A DNA stretch of 64,000 nucleotides from Vicugna vicugna (GCA_013265495.1 MU058244.1:186001-250000), one strand, 5' to 3'. Counted from the first letter of the stretch, positions 1 through 12,901 are shown. Translations and numbers: made by a program. The notes: generated from the letters alone by a model not told the origin.

Positions 1-1990
1 AATGGATGGTTCTTGAGACCGCACAGTGCCGTCGGGGCTCAAGCCCAGTCAGCCAGGTCCTTCCCAACCTGACACTGGGAACCGGAAGGCCAGGCGGGCA
101 GCCCTTTCCAGGAGGAGGGTCCAGGGCCAGACTGAGGCTCCTTGTGGAGGCCAGGGGGCCAGATAGACGGCAGCGGGGAGGTCCAGGGATCAGAGAGGGG
201 ACCTGCTTGGCTTTCGGAGCCTTTGCTTTGGAGACAGTGGGAGGGAGCGAGCGGCCTGGCCTAGGCGGAGCCTTTGCGAAAGACTTGGGATGGATCCCGA
301 CTGTGTTCTCTCTGCCCCGTGTGTGCTGGTTCACGGAAAACTGACAACAATGTAAATGATTCGTGTCCACAGAAGCCGAGTTAATTTTGTCTGGCGGAAT
401 GCAATGGATCACACCTGCGGGCGGACGCCCTTCACATCCCTTATTCCCACGGGTGGGGGGTTTTGAATTCTCCTGAGAGCCTGTTCTACTGTCCTGATGT
501 CCTCACTGAGTTCAGTAAAATCTTTGATGCATTTTAAGTTTGTATGATAGTCATGACTTCACCCTTTAAGATGATCCTTCAATCCCCACCTCGGTCATCC
601 GAGGTGAGGTCTGGGGCTCAGGGATAGGCAGGGCTTGGGGGGCTGGGCAGGGCTCCAGGACAGATGCCGAGCTCAGGACAGTGTCATGTGGGTCTGCCCG
701 GCCCCTGTCCTGCCCTGTGTCTCCCTCCTGACAGCACCCACCCCGGGCCCTCCCCTTGGGTCTGGGACAGCCCTGCACCCCCACCCTGCAGTGCTGACAT
801 CCTCCGGACTCCCAGCAAATTCACTCTTACACAGTGTTAGTGGCTGATGGTGGCTTTCTGTGGGCTTTCTTTAACATTTCTATGAGGATACCTTCAAAAC
901 CAGAGGGACACCACAAGGTGCCCCGACCAGGATACGGGGGCACAGCCCCAAACAGCGCCACCCAAGTTCAAACTTGCTTCAACATTCCTGTTTTTGAAAT
1001 AAGATTTCATGGAAACATTGCATTCTGTGCCAAAGGACCAAGGCTTATTTCAGTGCAAAACACTAGGCAGACAGGTTAGAGACAGTCTATGGATTTCCAA
1101 ACTCTGCAGCTCCCTCCAAGGGGCACCTGGGGGGACCACACTGAGAGACCCCCTCAAGGCAGCCGTGCAAGCGTCTGTCCCAGCCTCAGGCAGGGCCTGA
1201 GGTCGGAGCAAAACCCCTCCTCAGACAGGAGAGGAATGACAGGCCTCATGTTCACTCAGAGACCCTGAAAGGGTATTTGGGGATGGCCAGGGACCAGGGA
1301 ACACGAGAGCAAACAGAAGCTGGACATCTCGGTGTCTGCTTCTCAGGGCCCGTGTCCAGGAGTCCCACTGGACAGCCGTCCTACAGGACCCCCACCGGAC
1401 CACCCTGAGCGGCAGTGGGAGGAGGTGGGGAGGAGCTGTGCTGGGCCAGAGGGGCCATCTGGGCCGTGTCTCAGCTCAGGCTGGAGTGGAGCTGGGTGTG
1501 GAGGGTGACGGGCATTCAGTCTCCCGGAGGTGCCCACGAGGGGCCAGCTCACTTCACGGTGGAGCACCGGTCAGGGGTGGGGGTCAGCTCACACCCTCCG
1601 TTTCTCTGCCTGTGGCCCAGGTGTTCGGTGAGACGTCTGGAGGCCCTCTAGGTGTCAGTGCCCTGCTCCGCAAACGGGGTCTTCCGGGTAACGATTCCAG
1701 GAGAGCAAGCGTCAGGTCCCTAGACAGGCCCGGCCGCGGGTAAGCCCTCTCGGTGGCAGAGCCCACCTGCCGCCCTCGCCGCCGGCTCCATCTTGCCCTG
1801 CGCACACTTTCCTTCAGGAGGTGGTCCTGGAAGACCCTGGGCTCCAGACCTGGGCACCTTTCAGTGTGGGGGCGGGGCCTGCTCCGTGGGGCGGGGCCTG
1901 GACCAGGGAGGGGGCGTCTGGGCGGGGTCCGGATCACTACCGCCCCCGCCCAGCCTCCCGGCTCCGCTGACCGGCCCATCCCTGGCGCTC

Positions 1991-2009
1991 TGCTGCCACC
2001 TGGTGGCAA
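1991..2009 (-). promoter_or_regulatory. CTCF motif (TTGCCACCAGGTGGCAGCA)
   Basis: Close match to the CCASYAGRKGGCRS core; lies beside three GC boxes at 1864-1930. Confidence 0.6.
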
Positions 2010-3119
2010 GGTGTGGGCGCGCACCCCCGGGCCCCACCTGTGGGAGACGCAGGTGCCGTTCTTGTCCCTGCAAGGCCGGATGAGCAGATGAGGATGTCGC
2101 GCTTTTAGGCGTCCTGAGGCCCAGGCGCAGGAGGTCCGCGGAGAGAGAGTGGGCGCAAAGGGAAAGCTGCTCATCCCCCAAAGTTCAGCCGGGCTCAGCT
2201 TCTGTGCTGAGAGGGGTCCCTGCCGAGTACATCGCTACCCCTGGTGCAGAGACACCTGGGCTGCACCTGGAGCGCTAAGACGGGCTGTGCTTCCACGCAC
2301 TGCGAAACTGGGGCTAGAGAGGCCGCTGTAGCTTGGCCTACGGGCGGGCATCTCCTGCTATGAGCCAGCGCTGGTCTGGAGCCGTGGAGGAAGCTCTCGT
2401 CTGTAGGTGGAGCCTGTACTCCAGTGAGAGGGACGACAAACGCCAGAAAATTGTACTATAATTAACATAATACAGCATCACGAAGCATGCTGGGGAGTGC
2501 AGTGAAAAACAAGGTAAAGGGAAAAGACAGCCGCTAGGGTGGTTGCTGGCTGGGTCGGGTGGCGGGGAAGGCCACTGGACAGATGGCATTGAGTGGAGAC
2601 CATTCCAGGCCAGGAGACAGTGGTCCCAAGGCCCTGGAGCAGGAAAGCCAGGAGGCTGCAGTCCGTGGGTGGGGAGGGAGGGAGAGGAGAGGGTGGGGAC
2701 AGGAGCAGACCCTGGCCTGGCGGGGCCGCGGCACAGGGATGAACTTTGTTCCAGGTGCAGGACAGCCTGGCTGGGGGCGGGGCGGGGCGGGGGGGGGGCG
2801 CAAACAGGGAAAAGGTGGTCCGAGTGGTGGGGGATTGGTCCCAGCCACCCTGCTTTGGCTGCAGGCTGGGTAATGTCGGGGGGGAGCAGGTGGACACTCG
2901 CTGCCTTCAGGTGAGTGAGGTGGGGAGGGGCTCAGGGCTGAGGCTGTAGGAAGTAACTGTGTTCAGCACAAAGGCTGCTGTGGGTGCGGCTGCGGGTGGA
3001 GGCAGGTAAGATGAAGGCCGCCTCCCAGGTGTCAGGCCCTAATCACCCACAGGTGTGATGGGAGCGGGCCAGGTGACGTGTTGTCCGTGGCTGCACTTGG
3101 TGAGCCTCGTGTCACACCG

Positions 3120-3245
3120 CAGGCATTATCTCATTTATTTAGTGCAATAACCTGAGCTCTGTGCCTTATCTCGCCCGCTCAGCACAGCAGCCCCGTGAGT
3201 CAGGCTTGTTGTCCCAGTCTCCGCACAAGGAAATGGACGCCTAGA
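3120..3245. mobile_element. MIR SINE relic
   Basis: ttatctcatttatttag...cagccccgtgagtcagg.ttgttgtccc...caaggaaatggacgcctaga. Confidence 0.45.
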
Positions 3246-3321
3246 CGGGGACGCGCTCTTGTTTTCTGTGGCCCGGGGCCTGAGCAGGGCTCGCACCCCA
3301 GCTCAGGTAGTGTGTGTGCAG

Positions 3322-3500
3322 CTGTAAAATTGAGATAATCCACATAACACGAAACTCAATATTTTAAAGGGCACAGTTCACAACGTTGAACAACCATCAC
3401 CACTATGGAGTTCTAGAACATTCTCATCGCCTCAGAAAAACCCCACACCTCCAGCGATCACTTCCATCTCCCCCTCCCTCCTTTCCTGGGTGACCACTGA
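3322..3500 (-). mobile_element. Old L1M 3'-end fragment
   Basis: aattgagataatccacataacac...gttgaacaaccatcaccacta...ttctagaacattctcatcgcctcagaaaaacccca. Confidence 0.7.
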
Positions 3501-4469
3501 CCCCAACCCGCCCTCCCCTCGCCCCCCCCAGGACCCGTGATGTGAGCTGTGCCAGGTTCCCCTGACTTTTGTAACCAGGGCCCCTGAGGCCTCAGCCTTC
3601 TCCCTGCTGAGCGTCCAGTGCTCACAGTTACACCTCTCAGACTCCCTGGAATCAGGGAGGAGTCAGCCCCCCGCAGGTAACACGGGTGGGAGAGGGTGGG
3701 CAACACAGGCTTTGTGCGGCAATGTCCATGATGCACTGCTGGGGTGTGGAGAGCAGGACCAATTTGTGTAACAAGTGTTGGGTAGAATTGTAGGTCTGTG
3801 TCTGCCGAGAAAGGTGTGTGAGTGTGGCCCACAAAGTGTGCAGGGCGCCTGCCTTTGGGGTTCGGAATTGTGGGGAAGTGGCTGAAGTGGGTAAATTGCC
3901 CAGAAATGAACACCCACTTCCCCGAGGGAAGTGCCCTTCCTGGCCCTGGACTTGGGGTGTGGCTGTGTGACTCGCTCTGGACACAGGATGTGTGGACGTG
4001 GTCCCGGCGGAGGATTTGCATCTGTGCTGCCCTCTTGCACCTCTGAGGCCTTTGCAGAAGGAGCTTCCCCCAGGTGGTCTGAACCCCAGAAAATGCAGAC
4101 AGCAGCCTGAGCCCAGCCTGCAGTGAGGGCAGCACAAGCATAGTTCAGGCTGAGGCCGAGCCCAGCCCTGCTGACACTCTTTGCTTGAGCTGCTGAGTTT
4201 TGGGGTAGCCATTTCTCGGCATTATCTTGGCAGGAGCTGATGGATACAAAGGGAGAGTGAGCAGGGGAGTTCACATTTTACCCTGTATCCGAACATTTTT
4301 AAGCAAACACAGTTTAGAATAAAAAGAGGTGTCACAGGGTGGTGGGGGTTGGGGTACACCTACTAACATCCAGCTGGCCCCGATGTCATGAAGGAGAGAG
4401 GTGACGTCATTGCAGAGTCTGAGTATTAGGAGGGTCCTGAGGGAATATTAGGAACCATTTTCATTAATC

Positions 4470-4830
4470 AGACAACATATGTGAAATGTGCAAATTCCTT
4501 AAAAATTGCAAACTGCCAAACCTCATTAAAAAACAGACAACCTGATTAGCCCTATGTTTATTAAAGAAATCAAATTAGTAATTAAAGCCATTCCTGCACA
4601 GAAAGCTCATGTGGCTTCAGTGGCCACAATTCTACCAAAATGTAAATTCTACACCAATTCTTCATAAATTTGAAAAGGTGGGAATACTTTCGGACTCATC
4701 CTGTAAGAGCAGATCAGTGTTCCCTCGTTATCAAAGCCAGACCACGTCCTCAGAGGGAAGCTGCAGCCGTCTCCCTCTTGAACGCAGATACAAAAAGTCT
4801 GAACAAGATCCTATCAAACTGAATCCAGTG
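4470..4830 (+). mobile_element. Old L1 ORF2 internal fragment
   Basis: aaattccttaaaaattgcaaactgccaaac...ttaaagaaatcaaattagtaattaaa...aaggtgggaatactttcggactcatcctgta resembles degenerate L1 ORF2. Confidence 0.55.
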
Positions 4831-4996
4831 TTTATAAAAAGACAAATATGTCGTGGCCAAGGGGAGTTTATCCCGGGAGTGGAGGGGTGTTGTAATGTTT
4901 ACAGTCAACGCCATCACCTGCAGTCACGACAGGGAGGGGCGGTAACTTTCAAGAGCCATTGAGGGCTTTATGGAATTCTCCCTGGTGAACATCGGG

Positions 4997-5015
4997 GACC
5001 TCTAGAGGGTGCTGT
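4997..5015 (+). promoter_or_regulatory. CTCF-like motif (GACCTCTAGAGGGTGCTGT)
   Basis: Match to CC.CTAGAGGGYGCTG with about two deviations from consensus. Confidence 0.4.
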
Positions 5016-5099
5016 GGTCAAAGCAGGAAGGAAGAACGCTGGAGTCAGAGCTGCTAGGGCAGGCGGTGGGGTCCTCGACACCTTCCAGCCCAGCCCAGA

Positions 5100-5215
5100 C
5101 AGTCCAGGAAGGCTTCCTGGAGGAGGCAGCATGATCACTGAGTCTTGAGCACAAACATGAGTTAGAAAGCTGAGAGGGGAAGGTGCCCAAGCGGAGGGAG
5201 TGGAGAAGGCCAGGA
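5100..5215. mobile_element. L2 LINE relic
   Basis: ggaaggcttcctggaggaggcagca...ctgagtcttgagc resembles the L2 3' region. Confidence 0.45.
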
Positions 5216-6227
5216 AGGCAGGCTCAGCCTGGAGGGCTGGAGGACCCCCGGCTCTGGGTTGGGGAGGAGGACTTGGTCAGGGTCTCTGGAGACAGAGACC
5301 GGGTGAGGGAACACTTATTTACTGAAGTTGCAGGAATGTTAAACAATGAAAAATTACTTTGTTCTAAGATGGAATAACTGGCCAAACAGGGCTGTGTTTT
5401 TTAAGGGTGGTCTTAATGCTTAGGTTCCACCACATGTAACAGACTGCGAGTGTCACCTCACTGGACAGAGTATAGAAAATGTACCCGCAGCCCCCTGCAG
5501 ACATGCGGCCCGGAGCCCCAACATGCTCCTGCTCAAGCCCTGGCCTTGGGCCGGATCCCAGCCATCGGGGTGCCCGGCGGCCCCAGGGAGGGTCTCGGCC
5601 TTGATCAGCGTGCCCTGTGGGGGGCCAGCAGCCACAGGCAGACAGAGGCGCTGGGGCCTGGACAGAGAGGGCAGAAAAGGGGCTGCAGGGGAGGAAGGGT
5701 CGCCGGTGGAGCTGAGCTTTCTGTCTGGAGGAGACCACGCTGGCCCATCAGGGACGACCCCAGGGGACGTTTGGAAAGTTCTCACGGTCGGATCCCATTT
5801 GTGACACAAGCCGGGTGGCCCAGGGCCCAGTGCTGGACATGCACTCCCTCCTGGGAGGCAGCCGAGGCTTCCACGCCGCGTGAGAGGCTGTCAGATGGAG
5901 GTGGTTATGGACGTGATTTTTCTGAGGTTCTATGAGCAGGTGCCAGGTCCGCGGCCCCACCCAGATTACGTCTCAGTCAGGGTTAAAAGGCATCTGGCGT
6001 TTCCCTGTGATTTATGTTCTGACCTTTACAGCCAGCGGCGCTAATTGCTTCACCAGCCCTGCCACCCCTGCTCTGAGAGGTGTCTCACAGCAGCCCCTGA
6101 GCGGCGCCCTGAGACCTGGCGGGACCCCCACCAGCCACCCCCGCAGAGGAAGCCTTCCTGTGAGACCTGGGGAGCTCATACACTTCTTAGCATGTAAAGG
6201 ATTGGAAAAGATGTTTGTGTTACCATG

Positions 6228-6400
6228 ACACACGCACACGAGCTCACCCACGTGAGCACACTTACATGTGCAGTGCTCACCTACGTGCACACACAGTGTA
6301 CATTCACACCCACGTGTGCACTCACCAGTGCGCACAGGCACATACCTGGCAGACGTGCAGGCACGGCCCCACGTGTGCCAGTATGCAGACGCACGCAGAG
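6228..6400. repeat. CA/GT-rich low-complexity tract with several CACGTG
   Basis: Near-alternating purine/pyrimidine tract; cacgtg at 6249, 6311, 6370. Confidence 0.7.
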
Positions 6401-9400
6401 CGCCCCAGATGGTTGAGCTGATGGAGGAGAAACCCTTTCTGCCCGTGCTGGGCAGGGCCCCAGGGCAGACAGGACTTCCGCGTGTGTGTGTTGGTGGGGG
6501 AGGGGTGCAGAGTAGGGTGGCCAGTCCCCAGACGCGGGCCTGAGGTGGACTTGGTGCAGCTGCTGTTTCAGAGGTGACGCCGGGGAACACTGCGGGGGAG
6601 CGTGAGCGGCGGGCACAAGTGCAGGAGTAGGTAGGGTTCGTGCAGGTGTTTTGCACATTTATGCCCTATTGTTAAGAAATATCGAAACACCTTTTGTATG
6701 AATCAGGACTCCTTCGGTTGGATGTGTCAGAATCACAAGTCACTCTATTGCCTTAAGCCCAGTAGAGTGTTGTTGGTATAGTCAATGGAAAGCAATGGCT
6801 TCAGGCATGGCTGGATCTGGGCGCTTCTGGTGCTGTCAGGGCCTTTGGCCCTGCTTTCGGCTGTGCAGTTCATCCTCCCGCAGGCTGCTCTGGGCAGTGG
6901 TGAGATGGTCACCTTCAGCCAGGCTCATTCTGTAGGCAGACAGCGCTCCTTCCCCATAGTTCCAGCAGAAGCCAGGACAGGGTTTATCCTGTTGTTTTGG
7001 GGTCACGTGGCCCTCCTTGCACGGATCTCTGTGGTCAAGGGGGAGGGGTCCTATGCCCGTCCAGGCCCTCAGTACACTGCCTTCGCTGCACTTGCGGTGT
7101 CTCTCATGCCTGGGCCATGCGGTCTGCAGCTCACCTCTGCATCTGAGGGTGGAGACAGACGTGAAGCGCCTGACGCAGGAGTAGATCCAAGTCCCTCACC
7201 ACCTGGAGCCCAGTGTGTCCTGTCAGCGTTTTCAGAGAGGCTGATCTGAACTGTCTCTTCTTGCTCCGGTTCAGGAACAGAGAGTGTTGTCTCTGGACAC
7301 CAGAACTCACTTTTCTAGCTCACTCTCGACCTGGGATGGAGTAGGTTTGGAGGGTGAGGCACCCTTGGGCGAAAAGAAGCAATCGTGGGGAGCTCTGGGT
7401 GTGGAGAGGCAGGGGAACAGGTGAGCCGGCCCCAGAGGACAAGGCTACTTGGAGAGCAGTGTGGATGTGACCAGTGAGCAGGTGGTAGCCGGGCAGGGGC
7501 CCAGGAAGGGGACCCGGTGCCCCCAGCCCGTACTCACATTCAGCACAGAGCAGAGTAAAGTCGGGTGAAGTTCAATGTTTTCACTCAGTTTCCTCTCTGT
7601 TTTAGAAATGGCAAAGCTGTGCGACCTCTCTCAGTTTATTATAAATCTAATACCATGAGTTTCAGTTGAGTGAGTTCACATCTTGTTGGACCCTGGGCCC
7701 GAAGTCGCCCAAAGCTGGGGAAACGTAATTGCACAGACGTGTGAGGACAGTTAATTTGTCCTCAGCAACGGCCTGACCAGCGGTGCCTTCAGTTCCAGGT
7801 CCATTTACATAAGATGCACTTGGTATTTTTAACGGGATGAAAACGTACAATTTTGCAAATGTTTATGGACTGTTAATTTGGCTGAATGCAAAATCAAATT
7901 ACAGGTAATAGACTGTGTACTTCAGGGTTCCTCCTAAAGTAATTACTGGGGGGCGGTGCACAGGTTGATCCCCGTGGGCTGACTCCCCCTGACTAAGGGG
8001 GCTGGAGGTCAGGCTGCACAGGCTCCAGAACTCAAATTTCCGGTTCGGACCCCTCGAACTTGCTCCAGTGCCGAGTATTGGTGGACAAGGGGAGGGAACG
8101 GAGGGCTGGAGTGTGATGACATTTAACCTCTCAGGGGGATGGGTGGACAGAGTCGGTGGGGGCTTGGGGTGTGGAGACTCTGGACCCGTCCGCCTGAATG
8201 ACCCCCCGACCGCCACAGTCCTGTTCGACCACCAATGACCCTGGCCCTCTAGACAGACTGTGGCCGGTGTGGTCAGACCCCTGAGTTCAAATCCACCGCA
8301 CAGCAAAACCAGGGCAAGGAACCCCTGGCTTCACAAGGCCTTGAAGGTTGGGAGTGCTCTGAGGGGTCCAGGCACGGAGAACCCTGAGAAACCCCAGGCG
8401 GGCTGCTGTTTTATCAGGACGACTGTCTGCCTGGGCTCCGACTGTGCGGGGCTTGTGGGTGCAGCCAGCTGCTCTGGGAGGGACGTGCCCCAGCCCAGGG
8501 AGACCTGCATGAGCAGCAACAACTCCATCTTCTGCGCAGGAAGGCGGCCACAGACAGGCTGCCCGTGCCCCTTCCCTGCTCCTCCCCTGCCGTGGGGTCT
8601 GCGCCTGTGGCCCTGTTGCTGTCATGTACACCCTCCCCCTGACCGGTTATTGTGGGGCCTCAGTCTGATGGGGGCACCCCTGAAACCCTCCCCCTCCCCA
8701 GTTCCCATTTCAGCCGTCTTCCGTCCAAGGAGACCTCGTCTCCCGTGAACGCCCTCCAGGTGGGACTAGAGCCTCGGACACTTGACTGTTCAAAGTCCAG
8801 TCACCTTGATGCAAAGTGTCGGCTTCCCTTCTGATGGGAGATCCCCCCTCTCGCCCCCGCAGCCCCCGGACTCCAGGCTGGTGGGTGGGGGCCTTAGTGC
8901 TGCCCCCTTCCTCTCCCTTCACGGGCTCCCGGGTGGGAGGCACTGCCATGGGGTTGATCTCCCAGTCTGTTGCGGGGCCTCCTCCCCTGTCCCGGGCACC
9001 ATGCAGTGAGAGCAGATGGGCCTCCCTCCCGCTCACCCTCGGGGCCCCAAGGAGAAGCCAGCCCCCTCTGTACCCACAGACTAGAGGACACGGGGGCTTC
9101 CCTGAGTGCCCCCAAAGCCTCTTAGATTTGAAGGTTACCAGAAGCTCCGAAATCCGCGCGGCCAGGAAGGGGGTCTCATCGAAGCTGGTCAAGGGTCTGG
9201 GTGGGAAGCGCTCACCCCACACGGAACACACCCACGGAGGGCAGACTGGGAGGCGCAGGCCTAGGGGCCAGGGGGCCCAGGCGGGCTGGCAAAGACGAGG
9301 GCCTGAGGGGTGGGAGGAGAGAGGGGGCCCCTGTGTGCCCGGTGCCGGGGCCCCCGGCCCTCAGGCCGGCCTGAGGGGCTTGCTTTCAGCTCATGCTCTG

Positions 9401-12400
9401 GGGAGAAACAGGCCTGTCTGGGCTCCTAATGTAGGATGTTTATGCGGAGGAGTCCAGGGTCCTGGCGTCGAGATAAACTCGGTCCTGCTGGGTCTGCACC
9501 CACACAGCCGGAGCCGGCCCCGTGGGAGGCGGGACCAGAGGAGTTTCAGAGGCAGCCCAGCCCCCGGGGTGGTGACTGGGGGTGCCTCTGCTCCCAGCCC
9601 AGTGCAGCACCGAGCACCTCACTTCACATGGAGAAACCAAGGCAAAGGAGGAGCCCTGCTCGACTCCTGAGCAGGAGGCCCTGTGGACGCAGGTTGGGGG
9701 AGGAGTCCTGCCCTTCGGGAGGGAGGAAGCTGGCAGTGCCCAGAGGCAGAGGGCAGGGTCCCAGGGGAGGAGCAGGGGTCTGGGGGCTGCTTCAGGAGGG
9801 GAGGTGCCCAGAGGACTGCCTGCCTGGGAGACCGATTTCCATGGGGCACCTTCAGCCAGGCAATGCCCCTCCATCCCTTCCTGCTGGGTCCTGGTGCCCT
9901 GGAGCAGGGGATAGGGCGTAGGGGGCATGAGACAGGACACAGACCTGGTCCAGTGCCACCGGTCCAGCCCGTGACGTCTCAGCTAAGCCCCAGCATGTGT
10001 GCAGGCCTGTGTTGGGTGAAGAACCCCAGGCTCTAGTAGGCAAGTGAGCAGTCTGAGGGTACACAGCTGGCAAGACCCCCAGCCTGGTGTCCCCCACACT
10101 CCTGCCCAGGGAGGCCAGGACTGTGGCATGTTGAGGGCCACTCTAGGGCAGCCAGCCAAGGCCTGGTTGATGCCAAGGAGGGCTGGTGCTGAGGGGGCTC
10201 CAGAAGACCCCTCCCACCTCCTTGCAGCATCCTCACCAGCTGTGCCCACCAGCTGCCCTGCCTCTGGGTCTTGGGTCCCTGAACTCTGTTTCGTGAGCTC
10301 AGGATGGGGCAGGTCAGGGAGAAATGCTTGGGGATAAGACCAGGAGTCCTGTGGTGTGTGCTCAAGCAAGTCAGCCGGCATGGAGGCCACATTAACCAAG
10401 GCTAAGCACCAGAACATGGGAGGTGATTGCCCTGCAGGAGTTCCATGTGTCAGAAAGAACAGGCAAATGCAGGAGAGGAAAGAATGTGAAGAGAAATGAA
10501 GCCAAGCCCTTACTCTGCTGCCCGGAGGAGGACCAGGGGCCAATGGGCAGCAGGTCCAGGAGTCCTGTTCAGCTGGTAGAGGGACGTGTCTGAGCACGGC
10601 ACTGTCAGCTGAGGGAGGCCCCTCTGGGGGGACACAGGGATGCTCTGCCCCAGAGTCAGAAACGGGGCAGAGGAGGGACCCCTCCCCTACAGCCAGGCTG
10701 CACTCACAGACCCACTCGTGCCCCCATCCTGCGGCTCCGTCCCTCCCCAGGGAGGCTGGGTGAGGAGGATCCCCCATGCTGCCCCTTCCTCACCCTTGAG
10801 CACCGTGCTTGGCCCAGCTGCTGGGAACAGGGACACCCCACAGTCTGCAGGCTGGACGCTGCCCAGCCTGGATCTCGCGCTGCACGATGGAGATTTCTCG
10901 CTTCACTGAACTTCCACGTGCAGCCTCCCAACTTTGTTAATGGAAACCTGTGATCCGTGACGCGTGTGGCAGACATCTGCTCGGGGTGATGTTGTGGTGA
11001 TGTACGTATCGGTGATCAATCAGCGGATTTGCGGGAGAGGTACAGAGTATTTAATTATAATTGCGTTGGGCAGGTGTGCGTGGTGGAGGCGACATTTGAA
11101 TAGGTCAGACCAGCCCTCACCCTGCTGTGTTGTTTGCTATTAAATGCCATTCACTCTGAGGGCCGGGAGCCTTTCCCAAGTCGCAGGATATCACATGCTG
11201 GCAAATTGAAAATGTCCCTCTGCTTTTAAAAGCATGATTGATATCCTTTGCAAAACAAATACTACACGTCACAGCACACAGATCTCACCGCCTGGTGCCG
11301 CCCCTTGGCTCTGGCGACGTCTGCGCCGGACCTTGCGCATCAGTCGCCTCGTCTCCCTGCAAGGCTGGCACCTCCACAGATTGTCCTACTCACGGCAAAG
11401 AGTCTTCCTGTCTCAGTGAGGCTTCGATCACCAGAAGGAAACGCAGAAAGAGAACTCAAAATGCAAACTTTATTTGCTCGGTCGGTAGCAGAAAAATACA
11501 TCTTCAGATACTCTGTGTGCCGAATGCTTACATCTAGAACCTCTGTTGTATCACCGTCTGGTTAATATATGGTATAACTTAAAACGAGGCTTTCAGCACA
11601 CCTGACAAAGGGCTGTAAAGAGCAGGAACGAGGCAGACACCCCACTCGCCCAGGATGCATGGGCACAGCCACGCCCGGAGGAAGCCACGTGCTAGCAGCC
11701 TGACCCCAGAGCCAGACGACTGCGCCCTAGACCTGGGCCTGTGGCACGGCAGGTCCCGATCTGTCAAGTGGGGTGAGGAGCCCAGCACCCCCTCCCCGGG
11801 CTGGCGTGCTGGCGGGAGACGCCTGGCATCCGGGGCCCAGCTCCGTGCCTGGCTGGCAGCGAGCACCCACAGACACTGGCCGCTCTGGGTGCCTGCAAAG
11901 GCTAAGTGGCCTCTGTGTTACGTACGGGCCCTTGTCCTCTCCTCAGGCAGAGGCTGCAGTTGTCGGCCTGGCCGGCCCAAGGGGGCGCTGGTGGCAGGAG
12001 TGGACGTCTCACAACAGTGCCCGTCTCTGGAGTTGGGGCCACACACTTCTTACCCTCCCCCCTCTTCTCAAAGCAACTCACAGGGTGGGTGAAGGAAGCA
12101 ACAGTGCGACTTAAGGAGATGCCTGGCCTTGTGAATGGGAAATGCAGCCAAGTGTGAATGCGTCCCTTGCACGATTCAGTCCGTCTCATCTACCCCAGCC
12201 CCAGCTTCTTCATTCCGACAAAACAAGACTGTAATTCCTCGTCGAGACAGCAGCCTCCGTGGGTGTGTTTTTGTCATTTACAAAATTAGCCAATCATTGT
12301 CACCTAGTGAATCAGATTAGGTGTAATCCATACTAATGTTCAAATTAAGTCATGTAAAGCAATTAACTCTGCAAAACTGGGCTGGTGAAAAATGGTAAGG

Positions 12401-12901
12401 TTGGTCAAATAGTCTCACTGTGCATAATTGTGTTTTTTTAAATGCCCATCTCCACAAGTAATTAAATCATTTACATTTCAAATGGAGTGTGCGCACCTCC
12501 AAAGCTTGTAACTGTGCACTTCCTAATTGCACACTTCGCAGCGTAGCAGGGATTTATCAGCTGCCTGCTACCCGATGTCTGTTTTCTCAGGAACCTGCTG
12601 GATGCAACGTGCATGAGTAGGGCTTACTCCCTGCTCAGAAGAATAAAGAAAAGTGTGCTTTGCCCCAACGCCAGCCCACGGTTGGGCCCCCCTCCCTTCC
12701 CCACTCCCACCGTTCCCTTCTTCCTTCCTCCCTTCCTGTATAAAAAAGTCCATGGGTTTTTTTTAAACAATCATCAAATATTCTCCCCACAACCCAAGAT
12801 GCATTTGTCACTGTCAGTCACATCGTACACAACAGGGACACAGTTAAAAAGCTTGGGCAACATTCACAGGATCAATGAGGAGCTGGCTTGACCGTCTGCA
12901 C

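Noticed and set aside
8816-10777. 284-aa and 264-aa ORFs
   Set aside because: Pro/Gly/Arg-rich, no domain motif, overlapping ORFs in several frames as expected from stop-codon scarcity
12738-12745. TATAAAAA on the + strand just beyond the FOXL3 3' end (antisense promoter?)
   Set aside because: Isolated hexamer/octamer with no supporting Inr or CpG context; equally explained as a U-rich element downstream of the FOXL3 poly(A) site
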